From the NCBI RefSeq assembly GCF_009914755.1, contig NC_060934.1: a DNA stretch of 64,000 bases. One strand, written 5' to 3'. The notes beneath the pieces were generated by a model. The model searched no databases, was not told where the DNA came from, and saw nothing but the letters and a program-made list of their open reading frames with translations. This DNA is from the human T2T-CHM13v2.0 reference genome, Homo sapiens. A program made the position numbers and the translations under genes. Shown here piece after piece: positions 61,896-64,000 of the stretch (position 1 is the first letter of the stretch; each line of letters begins with the position of its first letter).

Positions 61896-63010
61896 TGTAG
61901 TGTGTATTTTTGTATGTTTCTAATTTTAAAAATCAAAAATTGAAATTCCTGCCACTGTTTACTTAAATAAACCTAAATTAGATACCACTACCCTTATGAT
62001 CTAAAGTCTTCTCTCTATGGTCCCAAACAGTCTCTTTATGAAAGTTTATGATTTCTATAGAAGGAAACATCCTTCAGACGAACTGACCAATGGTACTGGC
62101 AATAGAGGCATCTGATTTAGAAAGCCAGTTGGTATAAATATGGCCTTATCATATTCCTGCCTTCCTGGTTCTAGAATCCCCAGTGTATACAAATCTAAAC
62201 ATGAATGCTTTCTTGCCCACAAGTATAAAGCAAAAAATGTTTCCTTTCTGGAACCTAAAGGTATACAAAAATTCTAGTCCTTCATTAACTATATTTAATT
62301 TAATAATTAAGGAAACATATTAAAAAGCTAAGCCACAGGTAATTTCAAAATAGGGGAGAGTAAAACTCAGGAAAGAGAGGAGCAAGACTTATCTTTATTA
62401 AAGGTTTATCATAAATTAGAAAAAATATGGCATAGTCTTTATATTTTCAGGCATAGAAATTTTGCCGGCATTCTGAACTACAAATGCTGCTGTTAAGATA
62501 ATTTTGTCACTAAACAACAATATGTGATGGGAACAAAGCAAGATGCCAGGAGATACAATAAAGGCTAGAATGTAGTTTATAGCAAATTTGGCCCACTGCA
62601 GTGGAATTGGTAAATGGCTTCTGGAAAATGTATAGCATCATAAAAAACCCCAAAGCCATGTTTCCTCTGAAAAATGTTAAACAAAGGTTTCAAACATAAA
62701 AATGCTCATTTCCATATTGATTTTGATGACCAGCGTTAAATCAGGCAGTGTGAATGGCTGATGGACTCTGCTCCTCTGTGTCATTATTCTACCATTTCAT
62801 TCTGAAGGGAATTACTGTATAGATGGCAGTTTGAAACAATTTTCAAGCCTCTAGATAGAGGGTTTTATTTTTTTTCTCTAAATAAATGTAAACAATTCTT
62901 TTCTGAGAATAACTGTACCCAAAGAAGGTGGAAACTTGGGAATTCAGTATGATTTTAAAGAATAAAGGTGTTATTTCACTTGGGTAAGTATTATTTGGTT
63001 GAATTCTTCA

Positions 63011-63865
<855 letters not shown>

Positions 63866-64000
63866 AAATAGTAAATATATTCATAACAATTAAAAACACT
63901 TGTTTGGTAACTGCTCTCACAACATAAATTTTGTATGACCAGTAATGACTGGATTAGAGACTTTTGCTTGCAGCTATATGGTAGGATAGACAATTCTAAT

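Overview
AT-rich primate genomic DNA, almost certainly human: it contains an Alu with the diagnostic bases of the young human subfamily AluYg6. The window looks intronic or intergenic, and I could not support any host protein-coding exon, RNA gene or CRISPR array. It is dominated by transposable elements: a full-length, inactivated L1PA4/5-like LINE-1 (47388-53706, minus strand, 14-bp TSD); 16 dimeric Alus, two Alu monomers and a 42-nt mini-Alu; solo LTRs (MER4A1, LTR1-like, MLT2, MLT1); DNA-transposon fossils (MER3, MER5A, MER6, Charlie4a, MER102/MER91-like); old L1M, L2 and MIR fragments; and microsatellites. The longer ORFs in the supplied track are L1, Alu or microsatellite artefacts. I see no evidence of a new multi-gene system. 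The noteworthy items are small structural events: a perfect 30-bp palindrome apparently made by template switching inside L1 ORF1, a TSD-flanked 42-nt Alu 5' domain, a possibly polymorphic AluYg6 inside L1 ORF2, a ~55-bp dispersed duplication, two closely spaced inverted Alu pairs, a tail-less L1 ORF2 fragment nested in an L1MC, and a few non-repetitive islands that may be regulatory or exonic. Repeat family names come from recalled consensus sequences, not a database search, and boundaries of old elements are approximate.
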